64,000 bases of DNA from IMG/VR virus record IMGVR_UViG_3300009129_001089; one strand, written 5' to 3'. Position numbers and translations under genes: made by a program. This document shows positions 46,213-56,817 of the stretch, one piece after another. This DNA comes from a virus. Within the stretch, counting starts at the first letter, position 1. Each line of letters begins with the position of its first letter. The notes under the pieces are model-generated. The model ran no database searches, was not told the origin of the DNA, and saw only the letters and a list, made by a program, of their open reading frames with translations.

Positions 46213-48411
46213 TTAGCTGAAAAAGACATCTAATTTTATCTTGTCCTTAACAATATCTAATGTTGCTGTGCCTTTTTTGCCAAAGTTTTTTCGGAATAAC
46301 ATTTCTTTGGCGAGTGGTCGTTTAATTTCGTTATTAATTACACGTTGCATAGGCCTTGCACCCATTGCATCGTCATAGCCTTTTTCTACTAACCAATCTA
46401 TAACTACTGGTTTATAAACTACTTCTATATCACGTGGTTTGGAAAGAATATTTAAATCATTAATAAATTTAATTGCTATTTGTTTAACATTTTCTATAGA
46501 TAATTTATTAAAATTAACCATTGCATCTAATCTATTTCTAAATTCAGGCGAAAAGAATTTTTTAACTGCTTTTTCATGGGCATCATCATGTTTGTTACTT
46601 CCAAATCCTATAGCATTTTCGTCTGCTTTTGCGGCACCCAAATTAGATGTCATTATAAGTGTGGCATGTCTGCCACTAACTTGTTTACCATTTGATCCTG
46701 TAATAATTCCGTCATCCATAAATTGTAATAAAATATTAAGAACATCAATATGTGCTTTTTCAACTTCATCGAGTAATAATACACAATTTGTTTTTTCTTC
46801 CAACTCATTTATTAATGCTCCTGATCCTGCAGAACCATCTTCATAACCAACATATCCTGGAGGAGCACCAATCAATTTAGATACTGCATGTCGTTCTTGA
46901 TATTCTGACATATCGAACTTAACCAGTGGCAGATCTAAATAATGTGCTAGTTGTCTTGCTGTTTCGGTCTTCCCACAACCCGTAGGACCTGTAAACAAAT
47001 AACAACCAACAGGTTTCTTTGGATCCTTCAGTCCTGCTTTTGATATATAAATTGCATCTAATAATACAGTTAAAGCATCATCTTGCCCAAATACTTTTGT
47101 TTTTAAATTATTTTCTAAATCTATTATACTTTTATCCTGTTCTACATCTTTATGGCTTATTGTGTCTAAAGGTATTTTTGCTATTTTAGATATTTCTACT
47201 TTAATTTCTTCTGTATCAATAATAAGTTTTCTATCTGATTCTTTTGTAATACGTTGTCTTGCTCCGGCGGCATCGATTAAATCTATTGCTTTATCGGGCA
47301 ATTTTTTATCTAACAAGTATTGTGCTGATAAGTCTACTGCTGAATCTAATGCTTGATCTGTATAGTTTAAATTAAAAAAATCTGCATAATGTATTGAAGC
47401 ACCTCGTACAATTTTCTTTGCATCTTCTATACTAGGTTCATCTATACTAAGTTTTTGAAATCTTCGTACTAACGCTCTATCTTTTTCAAAATGTTGTCTA
47501 TATTCTTCTTGTGTAGTAGATCCGATGCAATGTAGTTTACCCTTTTGCAATGCAGGTTTAAGCATATTAGCAACATCCATAGAACCATTGCCGCCCGAAC
47601 CTGCTCCCATAATCATATGAATTTCGTCGATGAACAATATAGCATCATCACGTTCTTCGAGTTCATCTAATACTGCTTTTAATCGTTCTTCAAAATCACC
47701 TCTATATCTTGTACCTGCTAATAATGCACCTATATCTAAGTTATATACTATATTTTCTTTAATAATTTCGGGCACATTCCCGTCAACAATTAATTTTGCC
47801 AAACCTTCTACTATTGCAGTTTTTCCTACTCCAGGATCTCCTACCATTATTACATTATTCTTTTTACGCCGTGCAATAGTTTGGGCGAGTTGATCAACTT
47901 CCCATTCTCTACCTATAAGTGGATCTATTTTTTTCTTTAAGGCAAGATCATTAAGATTATCACAAAAAATTTCTAGAGCAGTACCGTCTTCATCATCCTC
48001 AGTTAATTTTTCTATTAAAATTTCTTTGCTAATATTATTACGTTGCATGTAAAAACTAGCAGGGGAATGCTGTTCTGCTAAAATAGATAATAGCAGATCT
48101 CGAGGATCTAGTTTATTTTTACCTGTAAATAAACTTTGAGTAAATGCTCTATTAAATACTCGTTCTAAAGTATTTGTTTTTTTAGGTTTAGCATTAGAAT
48201 CTATTTTTATATCATTCATTTCATTAATGACATAATAGTCTACTTCTTTTAATACATCCTTAGAATCTACTTTAATTTCTTTTAAAAAAGATCCGATACT
48301 TCTATCACGAAGTAATGAATGCAATAAATGTTCTAATGTAACGTATTGATGTTTATGTTCCTCTGCTAACTTAAATGCTCGTTTAACAATAGGTTCAATC
48401 TTGTCCGCCAC
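46213..48411 (-). CDS. clpA: ATP-dependent Clp protease ATPase subunit ClpA
   Basis: Clp N-domain, GDPGVGKT, IDEIH, GPTGCGKT, LDEVEK, IGF loop, GARP; no ClpB middle domain. Confidence 0.93.
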   Translation of the reverse strand: MADKIEPIVKRAFKLAEEHKHQYVTLEHLLHSLLRDRSIGSFLKEIKVDSKDVLKEVDYYVINEMNDIKIDSNAKPKKTNTLERVFNRAFTQSLFTGKNKLDPRDLLLSILAEQHSPASFYMQRNNISKEILIEKLTEDDEDGTALEIFCDNLNDLALKKKIDPLIGREWEVDQLAQTIARRKKNNVIMVGDPGVGKTAIVEGLAKLIVDGNVPEIIKENIVYNLDIGALLAGTRYRGDFEERLKAVLDELEERDDAILFIDEIHMIMGAGSGGNGSMDVANMLKPALQKGKLHCIGSTTQEEYRQHFEKDRALVRRFQKLSIDEPSIEDAKKIVRGASIHYADFFNLNYTDQALDSAVDLSAQYLLDKKLPDKAIDLIDAAGARQRITKESDRKLIIDTEEIKVEISKIAKIPLDTISHKDVEQDKSIIDLENNLKTKVFGQDDALTVLLDAIYISKAGLKDPKKPVGCYLFTGPTGCGKTETARQLAHYLDLPLVKFDMSEYQERHAVSKLIGAPPGYVGYEDGSAGSGALINELEEKTNCVLLLDEVEKAHIDVLNILLQFMDDGIITGSNGKQVSGRHATLIMTSNLGAAKADENAIGFGSNKHDDAHEKAVKKFFSPEFRNRLDAMVNFNKLSIENVKQIAIKFINDLNILSKPRDIEVVYKPVVIDWLVEKGYDDAMGARPMQRVINNEIKRPLAKEMLFRKNFGKKGTATLDIVKDKIKLDVFFS

Positions 48412-48913
48412 GTTTTGCTTTCCTATGAAGTTTTCGTAATAACTTTTTTTGCTTTTGTCTAGCCATTTGTAAAGTTAATTTTGCAACTTTATCTGTATAT
48501 AATACACCGTCTAAATGTTCCAATTCATGGCAATAACACCTAGCCATAATTTCAGTAAAAGTCATTGTTTGAACTTTACCATTAGAATCGGTAAATTCTA
48601 CAACTACTTCTGCTGGTCGTCCTATTCTAAGAAACAATCCTGGAAAAGATAAACATCCTTCTACATCATATATCAGTTCGTCTGATGCATTTAAAATTTT
48701 TGGATTAAAACACGCAATGGCTTCTTGTGGATCACCTATTAAAAACATTCTATAATTTAATCCTACTTGAGGTGCCGCTAAACCTATTCCACCATGTTCA
48801 AACATAAGTGGTGCCATTTCTGTAGATAATTTTTCTGGATCTACATCTCCATTAAAATCAAATTCAACAGAAGATTGTCTAAGAACCGGATCAGTATCTT
48901 TAACTAATTCCAT
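48395..48913 (-). CDS. def: Peptide deformylase
   Basis: GIGLAAPQ, EGCLS, HELEH. Confidence 0.92.
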   Translation of the reverse strand: MELVKDTDPVLRQSSVEFDFNGDVDPEKLSTEMAPLMFEHGGIGLAAPQVGLNYRMFLIGDPQEAIACFNPKILNASDELIYDVEGCLSFPGLFLRIGRPAEVVVEFTDSNGKVQTMTFTEIMARCYCHELEHLDGVLYTDKVAKLTLQMARQKQKKLLRKLHRKAKRGGQD

Positions 48914-48927
48914 TTGTCTCCTTAAAA

Positions 48928-48979
48928 TATTTATTGTTAACTAAAACTATAGTATAACATATATCTTAATAATTTACAA
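48928..48979 (-). promoter_or_regulatory. Tandem sigma70-like and late promoters for def-clpA
   Basis: TTGTAA-17nt-TATACT (48951-48979) and TAAATA (48928-48933). Confidence 0.5.
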
Positions 48980-50060
48980 GAAATTTCATTCGTTTTTTGA
49001 TTGATTCTACGGTAGGCTCTGTAGTAATTGTAGGATTCATAAAAATAGATTTATACAATGCTTTATCTAATGTAACATTTGTTTCTATGTTGTCTCTATT
49101 AAAATCCTTTGGTAAGGAATGTCTATATGATGAAAATTTCCAATCTTCGATATTAGTAATATTTTTAACATCTTTTAATATGTTTTCCATTTTCATAATG
49201 TAATTTTTATCTCGTTTAATTTCAACAAATACAAGATAATTACCATCTTCGTCTGATCCCGGAGATACTTCTACATCTAAAATATCATAACCACCCTGTT
49301 CAATAAAATGTGCAAGATCGTGTGCTGGTGGTTCATATTTAAGTACTTTAAATGATGTAACAATTGTCTCTTCTTCAGATCCTAATTTTGGTTGAAATGT
49401 ATCAATTGCTATTACATTGTCAATTACATCTCGCAAGTCGTTTGGTTCAAGTCCTTCACGTACAACTGATTCTGGAAGTTGTGCCGCCATATTAGGATCT
49501 GGTGCAGTTTGGTATTGTTCTTCACCGCCTGCACCTTCATCGTAGGCATCTTTAACATCTTCTAATTCAACATCTTCGTCACCTGATGTACCGGCAGTAT
49601 CTGCCAAAAATTCATCAATAAAATGTCTCGGAATTTCTATTTTAACTAACCAACATGGAAGTTTTATAAGTTTTGCCCTGCGTTTACCTTCTGAAGGTTT
49701 CATTTGTCCTTCATCGGTTAATTTTTCTTCATTAGCCCTAGGTTCGGCATCTTCGGGATGAACAAGTTTTGCAGGTTTTAAATAATGATCTTCTTTGAAA
49801 CTACACTTGATACCATGTTTTGTAAGACGTTTTGTTGCATCTGGATCGGGCATTAACTTATACGGATACATTAATGTACATGTAATCCAGTATTTTTCTA
49901 CTTGGGGGCCGTCAACTAGCTCACCTTTTTTCCAGTTTTGAAATGCATAAATGTCTAAACTATCTAAAACATCTTCCCATTCTAATAGAAGATCGAGTAG
50001 TGTTTCACTACCATGTATTGAGTTTATATTGTTATTGATTGTTTCGAATTCTTGTGGCAT
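48966..50060 (-). CDS. Two-domain hypothetical late protein
   Basis: Acidic linker followed by VREG; TAAATA upstream. Confidence 0.65.
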   Translation of the reverse strand: MPQEFETINNNINSIHGSETLLDLLLEWEDVLDSLDIYAFQNWKKGELVDGPQVEKYWITCTLMYPYKLMPDPDATKRLTKHGIKCSFKEDHYLKPAKLVHPEDAEPRANEEKLTDEGQMKPSEGKRRAKLIKLPCWLVKIEIPRHFIDEFLADTAGTSGDEDVELEDVKDAYDEGAGGEEQYQTAPDPNMAAQLPESVVREGLEPNDLRDVIDNVIAIDTFQPKLGSEEETIVTSFKVLKYEPPAHDLAHFIEQGGYDILDVEVSPGSDEDGNYLVFVEIKRDKNYIMKMENILKDVKNITNIEDWKFSSYRHSLPKDFNRDNIETNVTLDKALYKSIFMNPTITTEPTVESIKKRMKFLVNY

Positions 50061-50086
50061 AATACTCCCAAGGCCATTTACTATAT

Positions 50087-51007
50087 TTAGCCTGTTTTTA
50101 ACTTTTCTAATTCGATTAAAGTTGCAGATAAATTAATTTCAGGGTCGGCTATCATACCATGTTTAACCAATCCATTGCGAATTATAAGAATTGCTTCGTC
50201 TTGTTTATCTTCTTCACCCCAAAACTCTAAATTTCTATACAAAAATCTATATACATCCTCATATTCGTCTAATTTAACTTGTTCACATATAAGTTTTCTT
50301 GCATCTTTAATTTTACCTTCTCTAAATAAACCAACCATTGCTAGTTTATAATCATCTGAACTATCTACATCTGTTGGTAATGTAAGTTTATTATCTATAC
50401 AATGTAATTGTACATTGTTTATAGTTTTACGTAAATCGGGATATGTTGCTTTTACATATGTATCTAATACATCTATTTCAAATTCTATATTCTCTTTTGC
50501 AAGTATTTCGCCTACACGAACAATAAATTCTGTTTGATCTAAATTTTGTATATGGAAACCTTGGCACCTTGAATGTATTGCAGGAATAATTTTTTGTGGA
50601 TAATTACAGGTTATAATAAATCGAAGCACCTCGTGATATTGTTCCATTACTCCACGTAATGCTCCTTGTGCATTAGGAGATAGATAATCTCCTTCGTCTA
50701 GTAAAATAACTTTAAATTCACCCCAAGGCATTGTGCTTGCAAAATTTGTCATTTTATATCTTACATCATCTACTCCTGTTTGCCTTGAAGCATTTATTTG
50801 TAATACATCCGCATCTTCAACTTCTAATGCTTTACATAAAACTTTTGCTAAAGTAGTTTTACCTGTACCTGGACCGCCACTAAACAATAAATGTGGTATT
50901 GATTTTTCTGCAATCCAAGTTTCTACTTGTTGTCGTTGTGAATTGTCTCTAAATACGTATTCGTTTGCAGTTTCAGGTCTGTACTGCTCTGTCCAAAGTT
51001 TTTTCAT
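50087..51007 (-). CDS. Clamp loader AAA+ subunit (T4 gp44/RFC-like)
   Basis: WTEQYRP, GGPGTGKT, INAS, LDEGD, SRC. Confidence 0.93.
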   Translation of the reverse strand: MKKLWTEQYRPETANEYVFRDNSQRQQVETWIAEKSIPHLLFSGGPGTGKTTLAKVLCKALEVEDADVLQINASRQTGVDDVRYKMTNFASTMPWGEFKVILLDEGDYLSPNAQGALRGVMEQYHEVLRFIITCNYPQKIIPAIHSRCQGFHIQNLDQTEFIVRVGEILAKENIEFEIDVLDTYVKATYPDLRKTINNVQLHCIDNKLTLPTDVDSSDDYKLAMVGLFREGKIKDARKLICEQVKLDEYEDVYRFLYRNLEFWGEEDKQDEAILIIRNGLVKHGMIADPEINLSATLIELEKLKTG

Positions 51008-51717
51008 AATGTTAAATATGAATTTGTAAAACCGTACGAACGGTCAGTTTCATTAAAATAATAATTATTTGGATGCAACCAAATATTACCCATAGAACTA
51101 TTTCCAAATGGTTGCGATGTGTTATTAAAAAATTTTATAAACTTAAATTCAATAAACACATTTACATTTGACATATATGCTTGTGCTAAATGAGATATCC
51201 AACTGTCAGTACCTATAAACATAATAGATTTACTTGCTATTTCTGCAAGATATTCCCATTCATAATCAGGTTTATCTATTTGTACTATTGTATAATGTTT
51301 TGAATATTTTGTTAACACATGATCAATAATATTATTTGGTAAAGGTAGTTTGCCTTGTGTATGTAATAATATTATATTTTCTTTCTCTACGCCTTCGTGA
51401 ATATATAATTTAGGCCCTAATATTTTAGGTTTTATTTTAATGTTTAAATAATTAAATAATAAATCAGATCTAGAATTTATATTATATGGTTTACGTATAA
51501 ATTCTAGATCTAGTTTATTAAAATTTAATTCTACTAAATTATCGTCATTATAATCTATTTTTGTTACATATGGGTTGTATTTTAAAAAAGGATTATTATA
51601 TTTGTCGATAAAAGTATATCCTGCCTCATGTAAATTTTCAGGAAACTCTGTCAATATTAAATTATCACCTATTTTAGTTTTTTTATATGAATAGGTTATA
51701 CAAATATTATTTTTCAT
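51004..51717 (-). CDS. GT9-like glycosyltransferase
   Basis: IGD, NPY, FIGTDSWISHLA. Confidence 0.55.
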   Translation of the reverse strand: MKNNICITYSYKKTKIGDNLILTEFPENLHEAGYTFIDKYNNPFLKYNPYVTKIDYNDDNLVELNFNKLDLEFIRKPYNINSRSDLLFNYLNIKIKPKILGPKLYIHEGVEKENIILLHTQGKLPLPNNIIDHVLTKYSKHYTIVQIDKPDYEWEYLAEIASKSIMFIGTDSWISHLAQAYMSNVNVFIEFKFIKFFNNTSQPFGNSSMGNIWLHPNNYYFNETDRSYGFTNSYLTL

Positions 51718-51973
51718 CCATTCCGCTAAAGTGATATAATAGTATACTATAATGTAACGCTTTTAGCAAGTCTTTTTTGTTTTTTCCTTCTTTATCTCCG
51801 AAACGATAAAGATATTTTATTGCATTTGCTCTGCAAAAAGGTTCGGCAATATTAAGATGTTTAAATACATCTTGTATTTGAAAATCATCAGCGGCATAAT
51901 GTTCACCGTATGTTTTATTGATGTATTCTGTTAGTTCTTTTAATATTTCTCCTTCATTGTATCTATATTTCAT
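51707..51973 (-). CDS. DUF3310-like protein
   Basis: HY, FCRANAIKYL.R.G.K....DLLKA.HY. Confidence 0.75.
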   Translation of the reverse strand: MKYRYNEGEILKELTEYINKTYGEHYAADDFQIQDVFKHLNIAEPFCRANAIKYLYRFGDKEGKNKKDLLKALHYSILLYHFSGMDEK

Positions 51974-51980
51974 TTTCTCC

Positions 51981-52424
51981 TTAATCTATCATTTTGACTC
52001 TGACTTCGTGCCTACCACCTAAAAAGTCTGTTTCAAAAAATGTATTTGCTATATTAATTGCTTGGTATGGTGTTACTACTCTTGCTCCCATACATAATAT
52101 ATTTGCATTGTTATGTTGTCTAGCCATCATTGCAGTATATACATCATGGCATAATGCGGCTCGTACACCTTTTACTTTATTAGCAACCATACTCATTCCG
52201 ATACCTGTACCACATATGAGTATACCATAATCTGCATCGCTAGTGGCCACCAAATCAGCGACCATTTTTCCATATTCAGGATAATGTACACTATCAAGTG
52301 AATTGCATCCTACGTCATGAAAACGTGTAGTATCGTCTTTTTTCATTAATGATGTATATAATGCATCTTTAACTGATTGTTTTATCTCATAACCGGCATG
52401 ATCACATCCAATAACAATTTTCAT
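51981..52424 (-). CDS. rpiB: Ribose-5-phosphate isomerase B
   Basis: DHAG, CGTGIG, ANK, HNNAN, GGRH. Confidence 0.95.
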   Translation of the reverse strand: MKIVIGCDHAGYEIKQSVKDALYTSLMKKDDTTRFHDVGCNSLDSVHYPEYGKMVADLVATSDADYGILICGTGIGMSMVANKVKGVRAALCHDVYTAMMARQHNNANILCMGARVVTPYQAINIANTFFETDFLGGRHEVRVKMID

Positions 52425-52432
52425 ATTTTCTC

Positions 52433-52675
52433 CTAATTCAAATAATAAGATGCTATCTCGTCCCCAGATGCCTCAGGCGATGCATCTGCCATTTTTATAA
52501 TTATTTCATGTAATTCATCGGCTTGATCTTCGTCCTCAGGATAGAAATGTGCTTCTTCTGCTCCGATACTTTGTAAATATTCTTTTGATTCTCGTAGCTC
52601 GTGAAGTTCAAAGATTATGCCATTAATACATAATTTACCGTCCACTACACATATAACTGGGTTTTTATCAATCAT
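52433..52675 (-). CDS. Hypothetical protein
   Basis: ORF track. Confidence 0.5.
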   Translation of the reverse strand: MIDKNPVICVVDGKLCINGIIFELHELRESKEYLQSIGAEEAHFYPEDEDQADELHEIIIKMADASPEASGDEIASYYLN

Positions 52676-52678
52676 AAT

Positions 52679-53623
52679 TTAATGATGGAAAAGTCTAATG
52701 CCTGAAAAAATCATAACCATATCATGTTCATCGGCGGCTTCAATTACTTCATTGTCTTTAACACTACCACCTGCTTGTACTATATATTTTACTCCGCATT
52801 TAGCGGCATAATCTATGTTATCTCTAAATGGAAAAAATGCATCTGAGGCTAATGATACTTTATCAAGTTTTTGTTCTTTGGCCCAAGTTGTTGCTTTTGT
52901 GCCTGCCAACTCTGTACAATCTATACGGCTTTGCTGACCTGCTCCAATGCCTATCATTTGTCCGTTTAATGCATAACCTACAGAATTTGATTGAGTATAT
53001 TTAAGAGTAATAGCCGCCAATACTAAATCGTTTTGTGCTATAGCTGATAGTTCTTTATTTTTTGTTACAATTTTAGTTATTAATGTTTCTTTGTTTAATA
53101 TAATATCGTTCCGTTGTTGCGAAAAAACAACTCCATAAATTTCTCTAGTTTCAATAGGAGGAGGTAGGTACCCTGCATCCATTTGTAAGATTAAATATTT
53201 GCCATCCTTTTTTTCTTTTAATAATTCTAATGCATCATCGTCATATCCAGGTGCGGCAATTCCATCTGATACTACTGTTTTAATATACTTTGCACATTCT
53301 AAATCTACTTTTTGACTAAGAGCTATAAAGTCACCAAAGGAAGATTTAGGATCTGCACTCCTTGCTTTTCTATATGCATCTGTTATAGTTTTACCTACTG
53401 CGGCACCTGCAGGGCTAACATGTTTAAACGATGTTGCCGCAGGTAATCCTAATGCACTATCTAATTCTTTAACTAATTGCCATGCATTTATTGCATCTAA
53501 CAAATTAATGTAACCTGGTTGCCCATTCAATTCAGTAAAAGGCAAATTGCGTTTTGCACTTGCTACTGATGCCGATCCTTGATGTGGATTACAGCCATAT
53601 TTTAAAGTTATATAGTTACCCAT
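52679..53623 (-). CDS. purH: Stand-alone AICAR transformylase (PurH C-terminal part only)
   Basis: LKYGCNPHQ, KHVSP, SSFGD, QSNS, GAGQQSR, SDAFFPF, RLFHH; no IMP cyclohydrolase domain. Confidence 0.9.
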   Translation of the reverse strand: MGNYITLKYGCNPHQGSASVASAKRNLPFTELNGQPGYINLLDAINAWQLVKELDSALGLPAATSFKHVSPAGAAVGKTITDAYRKARSADPKSSFGDFIALSQKVDLECAKYIKTVVSDGIAAPGYDDDALELLKEKKDGKYLILQMDAGYLPPPIETREIYGVVFSQQRNDIILNKETLITKIVTKNKELSAIAQNDLVLAAITLKYTQSNSVGYALNGQMIGIGAGQQSRIDCTELAGTKATTWAKEQKLDKVSLASDAFFPFRDNIDYAAKCGVKYIVQAGGSVKDNEVIEAADEHDMVMIFSGIRLFHH

Positions 53624-54246
53624 TTGACATGTCCTACTTTAAGTGTTGGTATTACCTTTGGCTTAACGCCAGTTTTTTCATATACATTTCTTGCAAATAT
53701 TAAATCTTCTGCTACCCAAGTTGTTTCACCACTTGATCGTTCTATTTTAGGTACATAATAAAACGGAAATTCTAACTGTTGAATTAAACTGCTATGTATT
53801 TTCATGAAGCCTCCTGCAACATGATCTACTTCAAATATTTCTTTATGACTTAAAACTTCCTTTGGTGATAACAAAGTTGGTTCATCTTTCCAGTAACCTA
53901 CTAAACTAGTTTGATTATTAGGATTAAAAATATACCACCCGCTTACAAACTTTTCTTCCGAATACATTAATTCTTGCATTTGTTGCAAAGAAAATTTAAT
54001 ATCCGCATCTATAAAAATAAACCATTCTACTGTTTTTGCAAATTCGTATGGGTTAGATTGATTACCTTGTGTTAATAATTTGTTTCGGCCTTCAGTTTGG
54101 TTTGATGCAACCATACTAATAATTTTACCATCTTCGTTTTTGGCAAGCCATTCCTGAAAAGGTACCCATTGTTGAAACAATATATTAGGTACCATTTGTT
54201 GCCCTGACGGTATTAAAAATGCATATTTCATATTGTTTTTAACCAT
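53608..54246 (-). CDS. GT-A fold glycosyltransferase
   Basis: RN, FIDAD, GGFM, EDL.F, VGH. Confidence 0.7.
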   Translation of the reverse strand: MVKNNMKYAFLIPSGQQMVPNILFQQWVPFQEWLAKNEDGKIISMVASNQTEGRNKLLTQGNQSNPYEFAKTVEWFIFIDADIKFSLQQMQELMYSEEKFVSGWYIFNPNNQTSLVGYWKDEPTLLSPKEVLSHKEIFEVDHVAGGFMKIHSSLIQQLEFPFYYVPKIERSSGETTWVAEDLIFARNVYEKTGVKPKVIPTLKVGHVKWVTI

Positions 54247-54884
54247 TCTTGTAATGGCTTTGATACTAGTTCTCCTATCGCTTTGTTACCTTCTAACGTA
54301 GGATGTCCTATAATTTGTCCGCCTTGTTGCCACGGGCCTAGTTCCATATACATTTCATTATGGTAGTTTGGATTTTTATATATTACTTCGTCTATAGAAG
54401 GCTTCACTTCTAATACAGTTGTATTACCATAATTAAATTGTTTTGTATCTCGTCTGCAATGAAACATTGCACATGGCTTATTAATAGAACTAATATAAGC
54501 AACCGCAAAACGACTAAAGGATAATTGGTTATCTGTTGTTTCTTTTTCGCTTCTAATGCTTATTGTTTTACAACTATCTTTTAACGTATAATGGTCTATA
54601 TCATTTGCTTTAATGAAATCAAAATCATCATTATTAGTAAGCAAAAATCTAGGTTCAAATGATTCTTGTAGTAATATATAATCAAATTTAGATATGTCTA
54701 TTTTATCTAGTAATGTTGCATAATTTAAATACCCGCCTCCAGGAAACGAATACACTACAAGATTAGATATTCCTAAAAAATTATACCAACCTATTTGATT
54801 CTCTACAACTTCGCCTAAAGGATTTGACGGATCTAATTTATGTGTTCCGGCTGATATACTACAACCTAATATTAATCCCCTCAT
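54228..54884 (-). CDS. SGNH-like hydrolase
   Basis: LGCSISAG, GHP..EGN..I. Confidence 0.55.
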   Translation of the reverse strand: MRGLILGCSISAGTHKLDPSNPLGEVVENQIGWYNFLGISNLVVYSFPGGGYLNYATLLDKIDISKFDYILLQESFEPRFLLTNNDDFDFIKANDIDHYTLKDSCKTISIRSEKETTDNQLSFSRFAVAYISSINKPCAMFHCRRDTKQFNYGNTTVLEVKPSIDEVIYKNPNYHNEMYMELGPWQQGGQIIGHPTLEGNKAIGELVSKPLQEWLKTI

Positions 54885-55096
54885 ATACCACTAACTCTCT
54901 CCTCATCATCTATAATACTATTGGGCTTAATTTCTACATTTTTTGTTTGGCCACAATGCATACAATGTACTTTTTCGTCAGATGAAAGGGTCAAATTATA
55001 ATTAGTTAATTTAGTAGGAGATACAGCATAACTCCACCATAAATGACATAGATCGCATTCGAAATGATATATTATTTCTGCCGTATATCTGTGCAT
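54881..55096 (-). CDS. Zn-ribbon protein
   Basis: CDLC...CMHC. Confidence 0.65.
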   Translation of the reverse strand: MHRYTAEIIYHFECDLCHLWWSYAVSPTKLTNYNLTLSSDEKVHCMHCGQTKNVEIKPNSIIDDEERVSGI

Positions 55097-55106
55097 ATTA
55101 TTTTTA

Positions 55107-55550
55107 TTAAGTACAATATTCTCGTCCTGTAAATAACTCTTCAGGATTAACCATTGTTTTGATTTCTAATATATTGCCGTTTGGATCTTCTATAAACATT
55201 GTTTCTTGTTCTAAAATTTTTCCTTTAAATCTTACAAAAGGTTCTTCGACAAATTTTATATTATTGTTTATTAATTTTTCTTTTAATGACTTAAATACAT
55301 CTGGATCAAGATGTACACCAAAATGCGGTACTTGCACCCTACCCATATCAACATTGTGCCCTTCATTTTTTGGTTCGCCTCCGCACGAGGCATGTAATGT
55401 AAGCTCATTACCCCAAAAATTTATATCGCACCATGAATCAGGTGGTTTAATTTCTGAATTACCTTTTGTGCATCCTAGCACATTACAATAAAAATCAATT
55501 GCTGTATCTAAGTCACCTGCAAGAATTGCTAAGTGAAAAGTGTTTGCCAT
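55107..55550 (-). CDS. VOC/glyoxalase-family protein
   Basis: FHLA, FY..VLG, PHFG, DPNGNILE. Confidence 0.88.
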   Translation of the reverse strand: MANTFHLAILAGDLDTAIDFYCNVLGCTKGNSEIKPPDSWCDINFWGNELTLHASCGGEPKNEGHNVDMGRVQVPHFGVHLDPDVFKSLKEKLINNNIKFVEEPFVRFKGKILEQETMFIEDPNGNILEIKTMVNPEELFTGREYCT

Positions 55551-55617
55551 TTTATATTACCGCTACTTTGCCCTCTATCACTATCCTAATAGGCTTGTGT
55601 AGTGGCTTCAACTATAT

Positions 55618-56817
55618 TTATTTTAATGGCGGGGCGTATAACAATCCCCCTTTATTATACAATCTATTTAAACCTCTGTCAAGGCCTAATCTTGTTTCTT
55701 TACCTAAATACATTTCAAATATTTCTCTATAATTTCCTATAATAGAAATAATGTCAAAGGCAAAGGTGTTACTAATACCTAATTTTTCACCTAGATTGCC
55801 TTGCTCGCCCATAAACATTTGAACCAACGGATCTTTATGATTAGTAAAATCATCTATGTTAACTTGGTCTATACCAAACTCTTCTGCAAGAAATAAAACA
55901 TATATTGCCCATCTAGCAATATCTGAAAACTGCTGGTCGCCATATTTTATTGCTGGACTTAACGGTTCCTTTGATATAACTTCAGGTAAAATAACATGAG
56001 CAGTAGGATTAGAAAATATAGATTTTTTACCCGCTAGTGCTGAACGATCAGAACCAAACATATCACACTCACCATCCATATAAGCATCTGGTGCAGATTC
56101 ACCTACTTTTAGTGGTACAGGGATAAAGTCTACATCCCAGAGCTCAAAGAAATCTTTGATATTTTGTGCGGCAGTAGATTCTTCATTATAACATACCCTT
56201 GCTCCGGTTAAATCCTTTGCACTTTTAACACCTAAACTTTTGCGTACAATAAACCCTTGCCCATCATAATATGTTGTAGGTAAAAATTCTATACGCCATT
56301 TTACATCACGTGAATATGTCCATGTTGTTGTAGCACTAATAACATCTACAGTACCATCAAATAAATATTCAAATCTAGTTTTACCGTCAACTTCAACGGT
56401 TTTCATTACCCAATCTTCGCCCATAACTGCAATAGCAATTGCGGTACAAATATCTACATCAAATCCTTCCCAATGGGCTGTTCCAAAACTTTGACTAAAT
56501 CCAGGTTTATCGTTATACGAACCACATATCATATATCCCCGATCTCGAATACGTTTTACTGTTTGTCCGAATGTAGGTTTGTATTCCTCACCTAGTTTAT
56601 AAGGAGGAGGCTCATGTTTAGCATGTTTCTTTTTTAATGCCTCAAGTTCTTTTTTTACTCCTTCAAATTTATCTCTATAGTAATTAACATTAGATGCTTT
56701 TTCAGGAGGATAGCCGGCTATTTCGTCAGCAGGATTGCCTGCACTAGAAGGTACTCCGATGCCTAGTAGTACGCAAATACTAATTGTTGTAAAAATCTTC
56801 CTATAGGTTTCCCACAT
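55618..56817 (-). CDS. aapJ: General L-amino-acid ABC substrate-binding protein (AapJ/BztA-like) with N-terminal extension
   Basis: GFDVDIC.AIA.A, TTWT.SRD, YYDGQGF, ISKEPL, GNY.EIF, RGLN.L...GGL.YAPP. Confidence 0.88.
   Translation of the reverse strand: MWETYRKIFTTISICVLLGIGVPSSAGNPADEIAGYPPEKASNVNYYRDKFEGVKKELEALKKKHAKHEPPPYKLGEEYKPTFGQTVKRIRDRGYMICGSYNDKPGFSQSFGTAHWEGFDVDICTAIAIAVMGEDWVMKTVEVDGKTRFEYLFDGTVDVISATTTWTYSRDVKWRIEFLPTTYYDGQGFIVRKSLGVKSAKDLTGARVCYNEESTAAQNIKDFFELWDVDFIPVPLKVGESAPDAYMDGECDMFGSDRSALAGKKSIFSNPTAHVILPEVISKEPLSPAIKYGDQQFSDIARWAIYVLFLAEEFGIDQVNIDDFTNHKDPLVQMFMGEQGNLGEKLGISNTFAFDIISIIGNYREIFEMYLGKETRLGLDRGLNRLYNKGGLLYAPPLK

Noticed and set aside
55551-55612. Possible c-di-GMP-like riboswitch (GGGCAAA) in the VOC gene leader
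   Set aside because: Only weak pairing and no full consensus
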